In this document: piece by piece, positions 18,205 through 26,449 of the stretch
How the letters are laid out: the number at the start of each line of letters is the position of its first letter
Position numbering within the stretch: the first letter of the stretch is position 1
DNA from: an uncultured Bacilli bacterium
GTDB lineage: Bacteria; Bacillota_I; Bacilli_A; RF39; UBA660
Length of the DNA stretch: 26,449 nucleotides
NCBI GenBank assembly: GCA_948552115.1
Contig: CAOWNX010000001.1
Span: 1-26,449 of the forward strand
Direction of reading: 5' to 3'
Made by a program: the position numbers and the translations under genes
Notes under the pieces: model-generated
Told to the model about the DNA's origin: nothing
Database searches by the model: none
Seen by the model: the letters and a program-made list of their open reading frames with translations, nothing else

Positions 18205-18259
18205 ATGACTATTTTGTCACTCTAAAAGTCATTCATAAGTCATAATAATGTATTACAAT
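18205..18259 (+). promoter_or_regulatory. ATGAC-N6-GTCAC box (copy 3), two extra GTCAT half-sites and the -10 of the ABC operon
   Basis: ATGACTATTTTGTCAC (18205-18220), GTCAT at 18228 and 18239, TACAAT at 18254-18259. Confidence 0.7.
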
Positions 18260-18281
18260 GGTTTTAGAAAGGGAGAGTTTT

Positions 18282-18962
18282 ATGGAAATTTTAAAAGTAG
18301 AACATTTGACAAAGACGTATGGAGAAAAAAATACTTTCGTTACAGCTTTGGATGACATTAGTTTTTCAGTTGAAAAAGGGGAATTTGTTGCGATTGTTGG
18401 TGCGAGTGGCTCAGGAAAATCGACATTGTTACATATTTTGGGTGGAGTAGATAAACCAACGAGTGGGCATGTTTATGTTAATAATAATGATGTCTTTTCC
18501 TTTAATGAAACAAATTTGGCAATATTTCGAAGAAGACAAGTAGGATTAATTTATCAATTTTATAATTTGATTCCAATTTTGGATGTGAAAGAGAATATGG
18601 AGTTACCGATTTTATTAGATAATAAGAAGAGTGATGAGGCATATTTGAATGAACTTATTGAAACGTTGGGACTGAAAGATCGTGTTCATCATTTGCCAAA
18701 TGAATTATCTGGAGGGCAACAGCAAAGAGTTTCTATTGGGAGAGCTTTGATGAATCATCCCGCTTTGCTTTTAGCAGATGAGCCAACTGGAAATTTGGAT
18801 AGTAAGTCAAGTAAAGAAATTATGGAGCTTTTGGAAATTAGTAATCGAAAATATCATCAAACAATTATTATGATTACTCATGATCAAAATTTAGCGATGC
18901 ATGCAAATCGTATTATTACCATCGATGATGGAAAAATTATAAAGGATGAAAAGGTGAAGTAA
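18282..18962 (+). CDS. ABC transporter ATP-binding protein (LolD/MacB/BceA-like)
   Basis: GASGSGKS, LSGGQQQR, LLADEPTGNLD, ITHD; start placed at ATG 18282 after SD AGGGAGA. Confidence 0.96.
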   Translation: MEILKVEHLTKTYGEKNTFVTALDDISFSVEKGEFVAIVGASGSGKSTLLHILGGVDKPTSGHVYVNNNDVFSFNETNLAIFRRRQVGLIYQFYNLIPILDVKENMELPILLDNKKSDEAYLNELIETLGLKDRVHHLPNELSGGQQQRVSIGRALMNHPALLLADEPTGNLDSKSSKEIMELLEISNRKYHQTIIMITHDQNLAMHANRIITIDDGKIIKDEKVK

Positions 18963-18963
18963 A

Positions 18964-21489
18964 ATGAAAATTTTAAATCGCCTGACAATCAAGCACTTGA
19001 AAATGAATCCAAAGCGGACGATTGTAACCATCATAGGAATTGTGTTATCGATGGCATTAATGCTTGGTTGTGGACTTTTAGCTTCTAGTTTTATTGAGTC
19101 GATGAAGCAAGAAGCAATTATGCTTCATGGAGAATATCATGCAGCATTTAAGTCTTTATCAAAAAAGGAAGCTCAAGAGATAGAAAATAATATTCATATT
19201 AATAATTCTTATTTTAGTTCTCTTATGGGATTTGGTGAATTTCTAGATAGTCAAAATTATGCAAAACCTTATTATGCAATGTATTCTGCATCGAAAGAAC
19301 TGTTAGAAACCTTTCAATTAAAAGAGGGAAGACTACCTGAAAATGAACATGAAATTTTGGTTTCGAATCATGTTACTACGAATGGAATGAAAACTGTTTC
19401 AATTGGAGAAGAGTTGGTTATCAATGTAGGAAAGCGTTATGTGGATGGAGAAATTACTTATCTAAATGATTCTTATGAAGAGGGACTCAATGATCATTTG
19501 GAACAATTTGAGGAACAGCGGTTTACTGTTGTTGGTATTATTTCTAGACCTTATACTGAAAGTTATACAGCTGCTGGATATTCTTTGTTTACTTTGGGAA
19601 GCAATTATTTGGATGAAGGAAATAATGTTTTTGTAGAGTATAAAAAGCCACAAGAGACATTTGAAATTAGTGATGAAATTATCAACCAATTAAATTTGAA
19701 CAATAAATCTGTCGCTTATAATAGTTCTTTGTTATATTTTTATGGAACGACACGTTATGGAAATATCAATGAGTCCATTATGAAAGTCCTTTGTTTTGCT
19801 CTTTGTTTATTATCGGTTGGATGTGTTATTGTTATATATAATTCTTTTGCCATTTCGACGATGGAGCGAAAAAAACAATTTGGACTTTATGCTAGTATTG
19901 GAGCTACGAGAAAACAAATTTTGCAAACGGTGTTCTTTGAAGCATTTTTGGTAGGAAGTATTGGTATCGTTTTAGGAATTGCCAGTTCATTTCTCGGAAT
20001 ATATGTGGTCTTAGAGATTTTAAATTATTTACTTAAAGATTTTTGGGCATATGAATTTCATTTGATTATTAATTGGATTTATATTATTGTGCCAATTTTA
20101 TTTATGGTATTCGTTGTTTTCTTCTCGGCATTTTTACCAGCAAGGCGTGCAAGTCGTGTAGCACCAATTATTTCGATTCGGGAAAATGATGAGATTAAAA
20201 TGCCAAAAAGAAAATTAAAGACTCCGAAATTTGTTACGAAACTATTTGGGATTGAAGGAGAACTTGCTCTTAAAAATATGAAACGAAATAAAAGAAAGTA
20301 TCGAATTACGGTTTTGTCTTTATTTGTAAGTATTGTTTTGTTTATTTCATTTAGTACGTATTTGAATTATGGAGTTTCAACAATGGATTCTGTAGATAGA
20401 TATGATTTTGATATTTCTATGGAAACTTATAATTTGGAAGGATTACAAACTTTAAAGGAAATACGTCATGATAATCGCGTTGATACTTCATATCTGTTTC
20501 GTTTGGAAAGCTATTCGTCTTATATTCCAATGGATTCTTATGTTTCTTGGTATCGCAATTATTTGAGAAATTATGAACTGGAGAGTTCTAATATGAATCT
20601 CTTTATTTTAGAGGATGAAGATTTTGATCAATTTCGCAAAACACAAGCGGCTAATTTTGATGATATTTTATTGTTAAATCAGGGTCAAGTCATCGATTAT
20701 CAAAATGGAAATCGAGAAACGTATCAAGGAAAATTGTTTCAACAAGATATTTCTCACTTAAATCTTTGTTATTGGGATGACGCAAAGGATGATGAGGTTT
20801 GTAATATCCCTTTATCAAATATTAAAATGATTACTGAAGTTCCTCCAACATTCCAATATTTGCTTTATAATTCTTCTCATGCTGTTTTTCTAAGTGCTTC
20901 AAAATATCAAGAATTGTTTTCTGATGTTTCTACTTCCTTTAATACAGTTTATAATTTGAATATTCAAGCAAAAGAATATGAATCTCTTTATAACGAGATT
21001 GAAAAAAAGTATGGAAATTTTCAAAATATGAATATGTCTTCTCCAAAGATGGAACAGAAGGAAAGTAAAAATTTAGTATTGGCAGTTAAAATATTACTTT
21101 ATGGATTCATTTCTTTGGTTACTTTAATTGGAGTAACAAGTGTATTTAATACGATTCATACGAGTATTAATTTACGAAGAAAAGAATTTGCAATGCTTCG
21201 CAGTATGGGGCTTACACCAAAGGGATTTAATAAAATGATTTTATTTGAAAGTTTGTTTTTTGGTTTAAAATCTTTAATTTATGGAATTCCTGTATCTTTC
21301 TTGTGTGTTCTTTATATTCATGATTCGATGAGTGGTTTTTCAACTCGAGATCATATGTTAATTCCTTGGGGTGCTATTTGTTTTGTGGTGATTGGAGTAT
21401 TTTTAATCGTACTTCTAGCTATGCGATATTCGGTTCATAAAATAAAAAAAGAAAATATTTTAAATGCAATTCGTGATGAAAATATTTAG
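18964..21489 (+). CDS. ABC transporter permease with two FtsX-like domains
   Basis: ERKKQFGLYASIGAT and RRKEFAMLRSMGLT repeats; two large extracellular loops; coupled to the ATPase gene. Confidence 0.92.
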   Translation: MKILNRLTIKHLKMNPKRTIVTIIGIVLSMALMLGCGLLASSFIESMKQEAIMLHGEYHAAFKSLSKKEAQEIENNIHINNSYFSSLMGFGEFLDSQNYAKPYYAMYSASKELLETFQLKEGRLPENEHEILVSNHVTTNGMKTVSIGEELVINVGKRYVDGEITYLNDSYEEGLNDHLEQFEEQRFTVVGIISRPYTESYTAAGYSLFTLGSNYLDEGNNVFVEYKKPQETFEISDEIINQLNLNNKSVAYNSSLLYFYGTTRYGNINESIMKVLCFALCLLSVGCVIVIYNSFAISTMERKKQFGLYASIGATRKQILQTVFFEAFLVGSIGIVLGIASSFLGIYVVLEILNYLLKDFWAYEFHLIINWIYIIVPILFMVFVVFFSAFLPARRASRVAPIISIRENDEIKMPKRKLKTPKFVTKLFGIEGELALKNMKRNKRKYRITVLSLFVSIVLFISFSTYLNYGVSTMDSVDRYDFDISMETYNLEGLQTLKEIRHDNRVDTSYLFRLESYSSYIPMDSYVSWYRNYLRNYELESSNMNLFILEDEDFDQFRKTQAANFDDILLLNQGQVIDYQNGNRETYQGKLFQQDISHLNLCYWDDAKDDEVCNIPLSNIKMITEVPPTFQYLLYNSSHAVFLSASKYQELFSDVSTSFNTVYNLNIQAKEYESLYNEIEKKYGNFQNMNMSSPKMEQKESKNLVLAVKILLYGFISLVTLIGVTSVFNTIHTSINLRRKEFAMLRSMGLTPKGFNKMILFESLFFGLKSLIYGIPVSFLCVLYIHDSMSGFSTRDHMLIPWGAICFVVIGVFLIVLLAMRYSVHKIKKENILNAIRDENI

Positions 21490-21492
21490 ATT

Positions 21493-21523
21493 AGAGCTCT
21501 TTTTTGAAAAGAGTTCTTTTTTT
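21493..21523 (+). terminator. Rho-independent terminator
   Basis: AGAGCTCTTTT-TTG-AAAAGAGTTCT plus T tract. Confidence 0.75.
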
Positions 21524-21597
21524 GATTAGTTTTGTCGAATTCCTTGCTTCACCAAAAATAATCTTTACAATAACTAACGCATGAAAGAAGGAAATAG

Positions 21598-22421
21598 GTG
21601 ACTCTTCGAAAGAAAAATTATATTTGAAAGATACGGTAGCTTTGAAAATACTAAATGCCAAAGAATGTAGAGATTATGTCGTCAAGATTATCTCTCTATC
21701 GTTAAATTTGGACGAAGAAATGGTACGAAAAAATTTGAAATTAATCCATCCAAATATAGCAAATTCAAATAAGTATAAAAATTAAGTAACAGATGTGTTA
21801 CTGGAAAATGATGAAATGATTATTGATATTGAAGTGAATTATAATCAATATGAAAGTGGAAAGATTAAAAACACACTATATCTTGGAAATTTACAAGAAA
21901 GGCAAATTAAGTCTAGAGATAAGTATCAACAGATTAAATGTGTCAAACAGATTAATTTGAATAATTTTGATTATTATAAAAAGGGGAATTTTTTGTATCA
22001 CAGTTATATGATGGAAGAAAATAGTCATAAAAAACGGAATGATTTGTTAGAAATTGTGGATATTAATCTTGAATATTTAAGTGATATTTCATACAATGAG
22101 ATAAAGAAGTTGGATGAAAAAGACTTAAGATGGTTATTATATATCTTTGTCTGTAAAGATAAAGATTTGAAAGAACAGTTATATCAAGAGAAAAGAGTTA
22201 TGGGTATTGTGAGTAAGAAACTAGAAGAAGTGACACAATATTTGGATGAGTTGTTGTTTTATGATCCAGATCAGTTAAGAGAAGAAGGAATGAAAAATCA
22301 TTATCGAAAAGAAGAAAAAATTGAAATCGCTAAGAAGATGTTAGAAGATGGAATATCTCCTGAATTTGTTCAAAAATATACTTTATTAACAAAGAAAAAA
22401 ATTCAAGAATTACAGTCTTAA
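21598..22421 (+). pseudogene. Rpn-family / PD-(D/E)XK nuclease-like gene disrupted by an in-frame TAA at 21783-21785 and a probable 5' frameshift
   Basis: Same-frame KEKLYLKDTVALKIL...NKYKN*VTDVLLENDEMIIDIEVN...QINLNNFD...; C-terminal EEKIEIAKKMLEDGISPEFVQKYTLLT typical of Rpn-like proteins. Confidence 0.72.
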
Positions 22422-22515
22422 AATGTCAATTCTACGTAAATAGCAGACAAGGAATAGTAAAATCTATTTTCTTTTTTTTTCCTTTTTAGTATTCTTAAGG
22501 TAATAGAATAAAAGG

Positions 22516-22962
22516 GTGAAGTTTATGGAATTAAAATTTCGTTTTGCAACACGAGATGATGTGAAGGAATTAGTTGAGGTTTGTAATGCTTGTTTTGATG
22601 AGAATACACCGTATGAAAAAGCACTTGGTATTTTTGATCGAACTTATCATGATCCCAATCAACTTTATTTAATTGGTGTTCTGGATGGGAGAATTGTTGC
22701 ACATACAAAAATAACAATCGTTCCAACTCTTTTTGATGGTATGGATACGTTTGCTATTTTAAATCATGTTTGTGTACTTCCAGAGTATCGGAGACATCAT
22801 ATTGCTCGTTATATGATTGATGTGATTAAGAAGCTTTGTAAAGACCGAGATTGTTCGACAATCAAACTTTGGAGTAAAAATTTTCGGACCCCAGCTCATC
22901 AATGTTATTTGAATGCTGGTTTTGAAATTGTTGATGCTAAATTTTTTGAATTAAATTTATAG
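22516..22962 (+). CDS. GNAT family N-acetyltransferase
   Basis: VCVLPEYRRHHIA acetyl-CoA motif; AHQCYLNAGF. Confidence 0.9.
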   Translation: MKFMELKFRFATRDDVKELVEVCNACFDENTPYEKALGIFDRTYHDPNQLYLIGVLDGRIVAHTKITIVPTLFDGMDTFAILNHVCVLPEYRRHHIARYMIDVIKKLCKDRDCSTIKLWSKNFRTPAHQCYLNAGFEIVDAKFFELNL

Positions 22963-22972
22963 GAGTGATAAT

Positions 22973-24154
22973 GTGAAAATTACTAATATTTATATCGGTG
23001 GTTGGTTTCAACGAACTATGTTACAGCTTACAGAAATTTATGATTTTTTAAGGGATTGTAAGACTCAATTGAAATTGGATTCAGAAAAATTAGAAAGTTT
23101 ACGAAAATCTTTAGAAATTGGAAAGATTGATTATGGTGTGAGTGGTGAAGAATTTGTTGAATTTACTACAGCCATTGATATTTCTGTTAAGATTTATGAA
23201 GATGGTTTGATTCTTTTAAATAATCGTAAAGTATCTGAAGATACTTTGTTTGCAGATATTACGAAGGTAACTGATTATTATGAGAATAAGCTTTCTCCAG
23301 CTTTAAATTATTTGTTTAGTTTGGGTGCACCTGTTCCAAAAGAACTTGCAAATATTGAAACGGTATATCCATATTTTATTGTATGTGATAATGTTAGTAA
23401 GGAAGATATTTCTGATTTGTTATCACGTACAGAAAAGCAAAAATATTTTGAATTTAAAAATAAAAAATATGAGGTGGTTCGAGGAGATAAATATTATTTT
23501 ATTAATAATAAGACACAATCTTTTGATAATATTGAAAAATATATTGAACAACAAGTATTTATTCGAGAATTTAAGGGACAAATGCATCGTTATTTAAATT
23601 TACACCGTATTATTTGGGAAAAGATTGATCAAGTAAAAGAAAATGTACATGTTAAAGGTGCTGATATTGTAAAATTTAATACAAAATTGGAAGGCTATGC
23701 AAAAACAATTAATTTGATTGATGGAAGAATTAATCAAATGGGAACTTATATTTCGACTCGAGAAAAGATTGCGAAGAGTGATTCAGAGTTAACGGAATTT
23801 TTAGCAATTTCTGGGTATCGTTTTGAAACACTTCGGGATACTTTGGATTATATTAAATATTTGTGGGATATGACGCAGACTTATGTTTCTTCTGCACAAA
23901 AATTGTTTTCTTCTTTAAAGTCAGATGTAACGAGTAAATCTATTAATAGTTTGACGATTGTTACAAGTATGAGTGCAGGTGCATCGATTATTAGTCTTCT
24001 TACAAAGGCGGAACCAAAATTTACATTGTTTGGATTATTGTATTTCTTTATTTTGGCAATTTTAGGATGGGCGAGTACTTCTTTACTTTCTTTTGTTTCT
24101 AAAAATCGTAAATATGAAATTTCAGATATTTCTTATGATAAAGATATTCAGTAA
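22973..24154 (+). CDS. Hypothetical membrane protein with CorA-like architecture (soluble domain, long helices, two C-terminal TMs)
   Basis: SD AGGAG before the GTG start; SINSLTIVTSM followed by two hydrophobic segments; no GMN motif. Confidence 0.6.
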   Translation: MKITNIYIGGWFQRTMLQLTEIYDFLRDCKTQLKLDSEKLESLRKSLEIGKIDYGVSGEEFVEFTTAIDISVKIYEDGLILLNNRKVSEDTLFADITKVTDYYENKLSPALNYLFSLGAPVPKELANIETVYPYFIVCDNVSKEDISDLLSRTEKQKYFEFKNKKYEVVRGDKYYFINNKTQSFDNIEKYIEQQVFIREFKGQMHRYLNLHRIIWEKIDQVKENVHVKGADIVKFNTKLEGYAKTINLIDGRINQMGTYISTREKIAKSDSELTEFLAISGYRFETLRDTLDYIKYLWDMTQTYVSSAQKLFSSLKSDVTSKSINSLTIVTSMSAGASIISLLTKAEPKFTLFGLLYFFILAILGWASTSLLSFVSKNRKYEISDISYDKDIQ

Positions 24155-24161
24155 AAATTTT

Positions 24162-24191
24162 AGGAAAGAATGACACATTCTTCCTTTTTTT
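24162..24191 (+). terminator. Rho-independent terminator
   Basis: AGGAAAGAATG-ACA-CATTCTTCCT plus T run. Confidence 0.7.
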
Positions 24192-24225
24192 ATTTTTCAT
24201 TGTTATAATAATGGAAGGTGATAAC

Positions 24226-25017
24226 ATGAAAAACATTATGGTTCGAAGATTTTTGGCATATTTTATTGATATTTTTTTGGTTGCATGTGTCATGTATTTG
24301 ATTTCTTTTATTCCTTTGAGTAGAGATAATCAAAAGTATTATGAGGAAGTATCTTTTCAAATGAATTCGTTGTATGATTCTTATAGTAAAAATGAGATTT
24401 CTGAAAATGAATTTAATGAAAAATATATCCCACTTTATTATGAATGGAATCGAAGTAATATGGGAAATACCATTATTAATTTATTTTGTATTGTTTTATA
24501 TTTTGGATGTGTTCCATTCTTTTTGAAAGGTCAAACATTTGGAAAGAAATTATTTCATTTACAAATCGTTTCCGTAAATGATGATTCACAAGTAGGTATT
24601 GTTTCTTATTTGGTTCGTGCTATTATTTTAAATAATGTTTTGATTACAATTGCTCAACAAGGAATTTTAAGTTTTATGAATGCAAATAATTATTATTCTT
24701 TTTATGCAAATGTCAATTTGGTTGGGTATGTTTTGATTTATTTTATGTTACTTTTGATGTTTCTTCGAATGGATCATAGAAGTCTTCATGATTTGATTGC
24801 AGGGACAAAAGTGATTTCTGTTTCGGATTCGAAGGATTTGCTTGAAGTAAAAAAGGATGTAGAAGAGAAGAATCAAGAACAAATACGTAAGGAAAAGAAC
24901 GTGAAAAAAACATCTCCTAAAAAATCAACTTCTTCAAAGAAGGTTTCTTCGAAAATTCAAAAGTCAAAAACGGATGATGCAAAAAAAACTCCGCGAAAGA
25001 AAAGTACAAAATCATGA
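24226..25017 (+). CDS. RDD family membrane protein with a Lys/Ser-rich tail
   Basis: RRFLAYFID, GQTFGKKLFHLQIV, RSLHDLIAGTKV; SD GAAGGTG; TGTTATAAT at 24201. Confidence 0.9.
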   Translation: MKNIMVRRFLAYFIDIFLVACVMYLISFIPLSRDNQKYYEEVSFQMNSLYDSYSKNEISENEFNEKYIPLYYEWNRSNMGNTIINLFCIVLYFGCVPFFLKGQTFGKKLFHLQIVSVNDDSQVGIVSYLVRAIILNNVLITIAQQGILSFMNANNYYSFYANVNLVGYVLIYFMLLLMFLRMDHRSLHDLIAGTKVISVSDSKDLLEVKKDVEEKNQEQIRKEKNVKKTSPKKSTSSKKVSSKIQKSKTDDAKKTPRKKSTKS

Positions 25018-26307
25018 TTTATTGATGTAAGTACTTTTTTCTTTTTTTTGGAAGGATGTGTTGTAAAATTCTTGGAACATTTGATAAAGATCATAACAAT
25101 CTTTTTTTCCAATACATTCGTTGGAAGAATGCATGGCAAGCTCTGCAAGTCCAATATCTATGGAAGTAGTACTGACATGCCTTAAGCTGATACCTGCAAG
25201 CGTAGAACCAGTACTCATGTCATTTCTACTTGTAGATTCTTGAAATGGTATTTTCTTTGATTTACATATACTTTTTATGATAGAGGAAGAAAGGGCATCG
25301 GTAGTGGATTCTGTTTCTTTGGAAATTACAATTCCTTGATTTAAATATGCTTTGTTGGTATTGTCTGATAAATCTGGATGATTTGGATGTACCGCATGGG
25401 TGTTATCTGAACTAATGATAAATGATTGATAGAGGGTAGAGGAGATATCTATTTTTAGTGAAGTAGCAATTTTTTTTAAGGTATCTAATAAAAAGTTAGA
25501 ATCTGCGCCTTCTTTGGTTAAGGAACCGATTTCTTCACTGTTAAATGTACAAAAAACATTGATATTTTTCGAATTCTTGTTTTCTATTATGGCTTTCCAT
25601 GCTGCAAAGGTACTTGTTAAATTGTCTATTCTTGGAGATAATAAAATGTCTTTTTCGATTCCTATTGATGTTGGTTCTTCGGTATTGTAAAGAAATAAAT
25701 CATAGTCACAAATGATTTCTTTTTTGATGGAAAATTCTTTTTCTATTAATGTTTTAATGATATTTTTTTCTTCTTTTAAACTAATGAAGGGAATTAAGTC
25801 GACTTGGGTGTTTAAGTCTAAATTTTTATTCGCATCGGCATTTAAGTGAATTGCTACACTTGGTATGGTCAAAAGAGGTTTTTTGAAGTCAATGATATTA
25901 CTTTCGAATCTGTTTTCTTCTTTGGTAATAATTTTTCCTGCAATTGATAAAGGACGGTCTAACCATCCATAGTTTAATAATCCTCCATAAAGAGATACAT
26001 TTAATTTTAAGTATCCATTTTCATAAGACTCATTTTGTGGCTTTAAACGAAATGCTGGAGTATCCGAATGTGTTGTAATGATATTAAAACTATTTTGAGA
26101 GTTTTCTCCAATGGTAAAACATATTAAAGAAGCGTCATTTCTTGTGACATAGTGTTTTCCAGTTGTTAAGTGCCATATATTTTCTTCTTCAAGTTCTTTA
26201 AAGTCAAATCTTTCTAATTCTTTTTTGATTTCTTTGATGGTTGTATAGGTTGTTGTTCCTTTTTTGATAAATTCGATTAATTCTTTAATATAGGTTTCTT
26301 GTTTCAT
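25012..26307 (-). CDS. M18 family (aspartyl) aminopeptidase
   Basis: HSDTP, YGG...WLDRPLSIAG, RIDNLTS, EEIGS, HAVHPN, GSTL and LAMHS motifs. The likely start is MKQETY at 26307; the ORF is open from 26421. Confidence 0.93.
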   Translation of the reverse strand: MKQETYIKELIEFIKKGTTTYTTIKEIKKELERFDFKELEEENIWHLTTGKHYVTRNDASLICFTIGENSQNSFNIITTHSDTPAFRLKPQNESYENGYLKLNVSLYGGLLNYGWLDRPLSIAGKIITKEENRFESNIIDFKKPLLTIPSVAIHLNADANKNLDLNTQVDLIPFISLKEEKNIIKTLIEKEFSIKKEIICDYDLFLYNTEEPTSIGIEKDILLSPRIDNLTSTFAAWKAIIENKNSKNINVFCTFNSEEIGSLTKEGADSNFLLDTLKKIATSLKIDISSTLYQSFIISSDNTHAVHPNHPDLSDNTNKAYLNQGIVISKETESTTDALSSSIIKSICKSKKIPFQESTSRNDMSTGSTLAGISLRHVSTTSIDIGLAELAMHSSNECIGKKDCYDLYQMFQEFYNTSFQKKEKSTYINKS

Positions 26308-26449
26308 AATTATCACAGTTTTAGTGTAAGCTGTTTTGTCTAATCTATTCTTTTTTTCGTATAAATTACTAAAAAAGTTAGAAAAATAGGGATAAAATAT
26401 TGATTTTTGTTTAAAATTCATAGTATAATCAATGAGTTATTAAGAAATG

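Noticed and set aside
19462..25154. ORFs 19462-19689, 22523-22726, 23325-23597, 24099-24293 and 24957-25154
   Set aside because: Shadow ORFs overlapping supported genes.
26308..26421. 38-aa N-terminal extension of the aminopeptidase
   Set aside because: Looks like AT-rich intergenic sequence; the family-like sequence begins near MKQETY.
1..26449. Complete DGR cassette (RT, TR, Avd), CRISPR array, tRNA/rRNA or prophage
   Set aside because: No RT motifs in any ORF, no second copy of 8331-8474 seen by eye, no spaced direct repeats, and intergenic gaps are short and AT-rich.

Overview
Low-GC, almost entirely + strand chromosomal window from a Bacillota-type bacterium using genetic code 11. Gene content and style resemble reduced-genome gut Bacilli, but that taxonomy is an impression only. 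The window opens with a reduced nusA-rnpM(ylxR)-infB-rbfA-truB locus, in which nusA and the rbfA start each show a single-base frame anomaly and a probable IS3-like relic follows rbfA. Next come a membrane-anchored polysaccharide deacetylase and a 550-aa surface protein. A cell-envelope cluster follows: DUF308, cls, DUF368, GT-C-like protein, lipoprotein, YtrA-type GntR plus processive GT2, an OmpR-family two-component system and an FtsX-type ABC transporter. The window ends with a disrupted Rpn/PD-(D/E)XK nuclease gene, a GNAT, two membrane proteins and an M18 aminopeptidase. Best leads: (1) the 550-aa protein ends in an adenine-depleted CLec-type segment that looks like the variable region of a diversity-generating retroelement (DGR), yet no RT or template repeat is visible here, so it may be a remote or orphan target carrying a SipW-like signal peptide; (2) a shared ATGAC-N6-GTCAY box at three promoters suggests a regulon linking the two-component system and ABC transporter to a YtrA-repressed glycosyltransferase.
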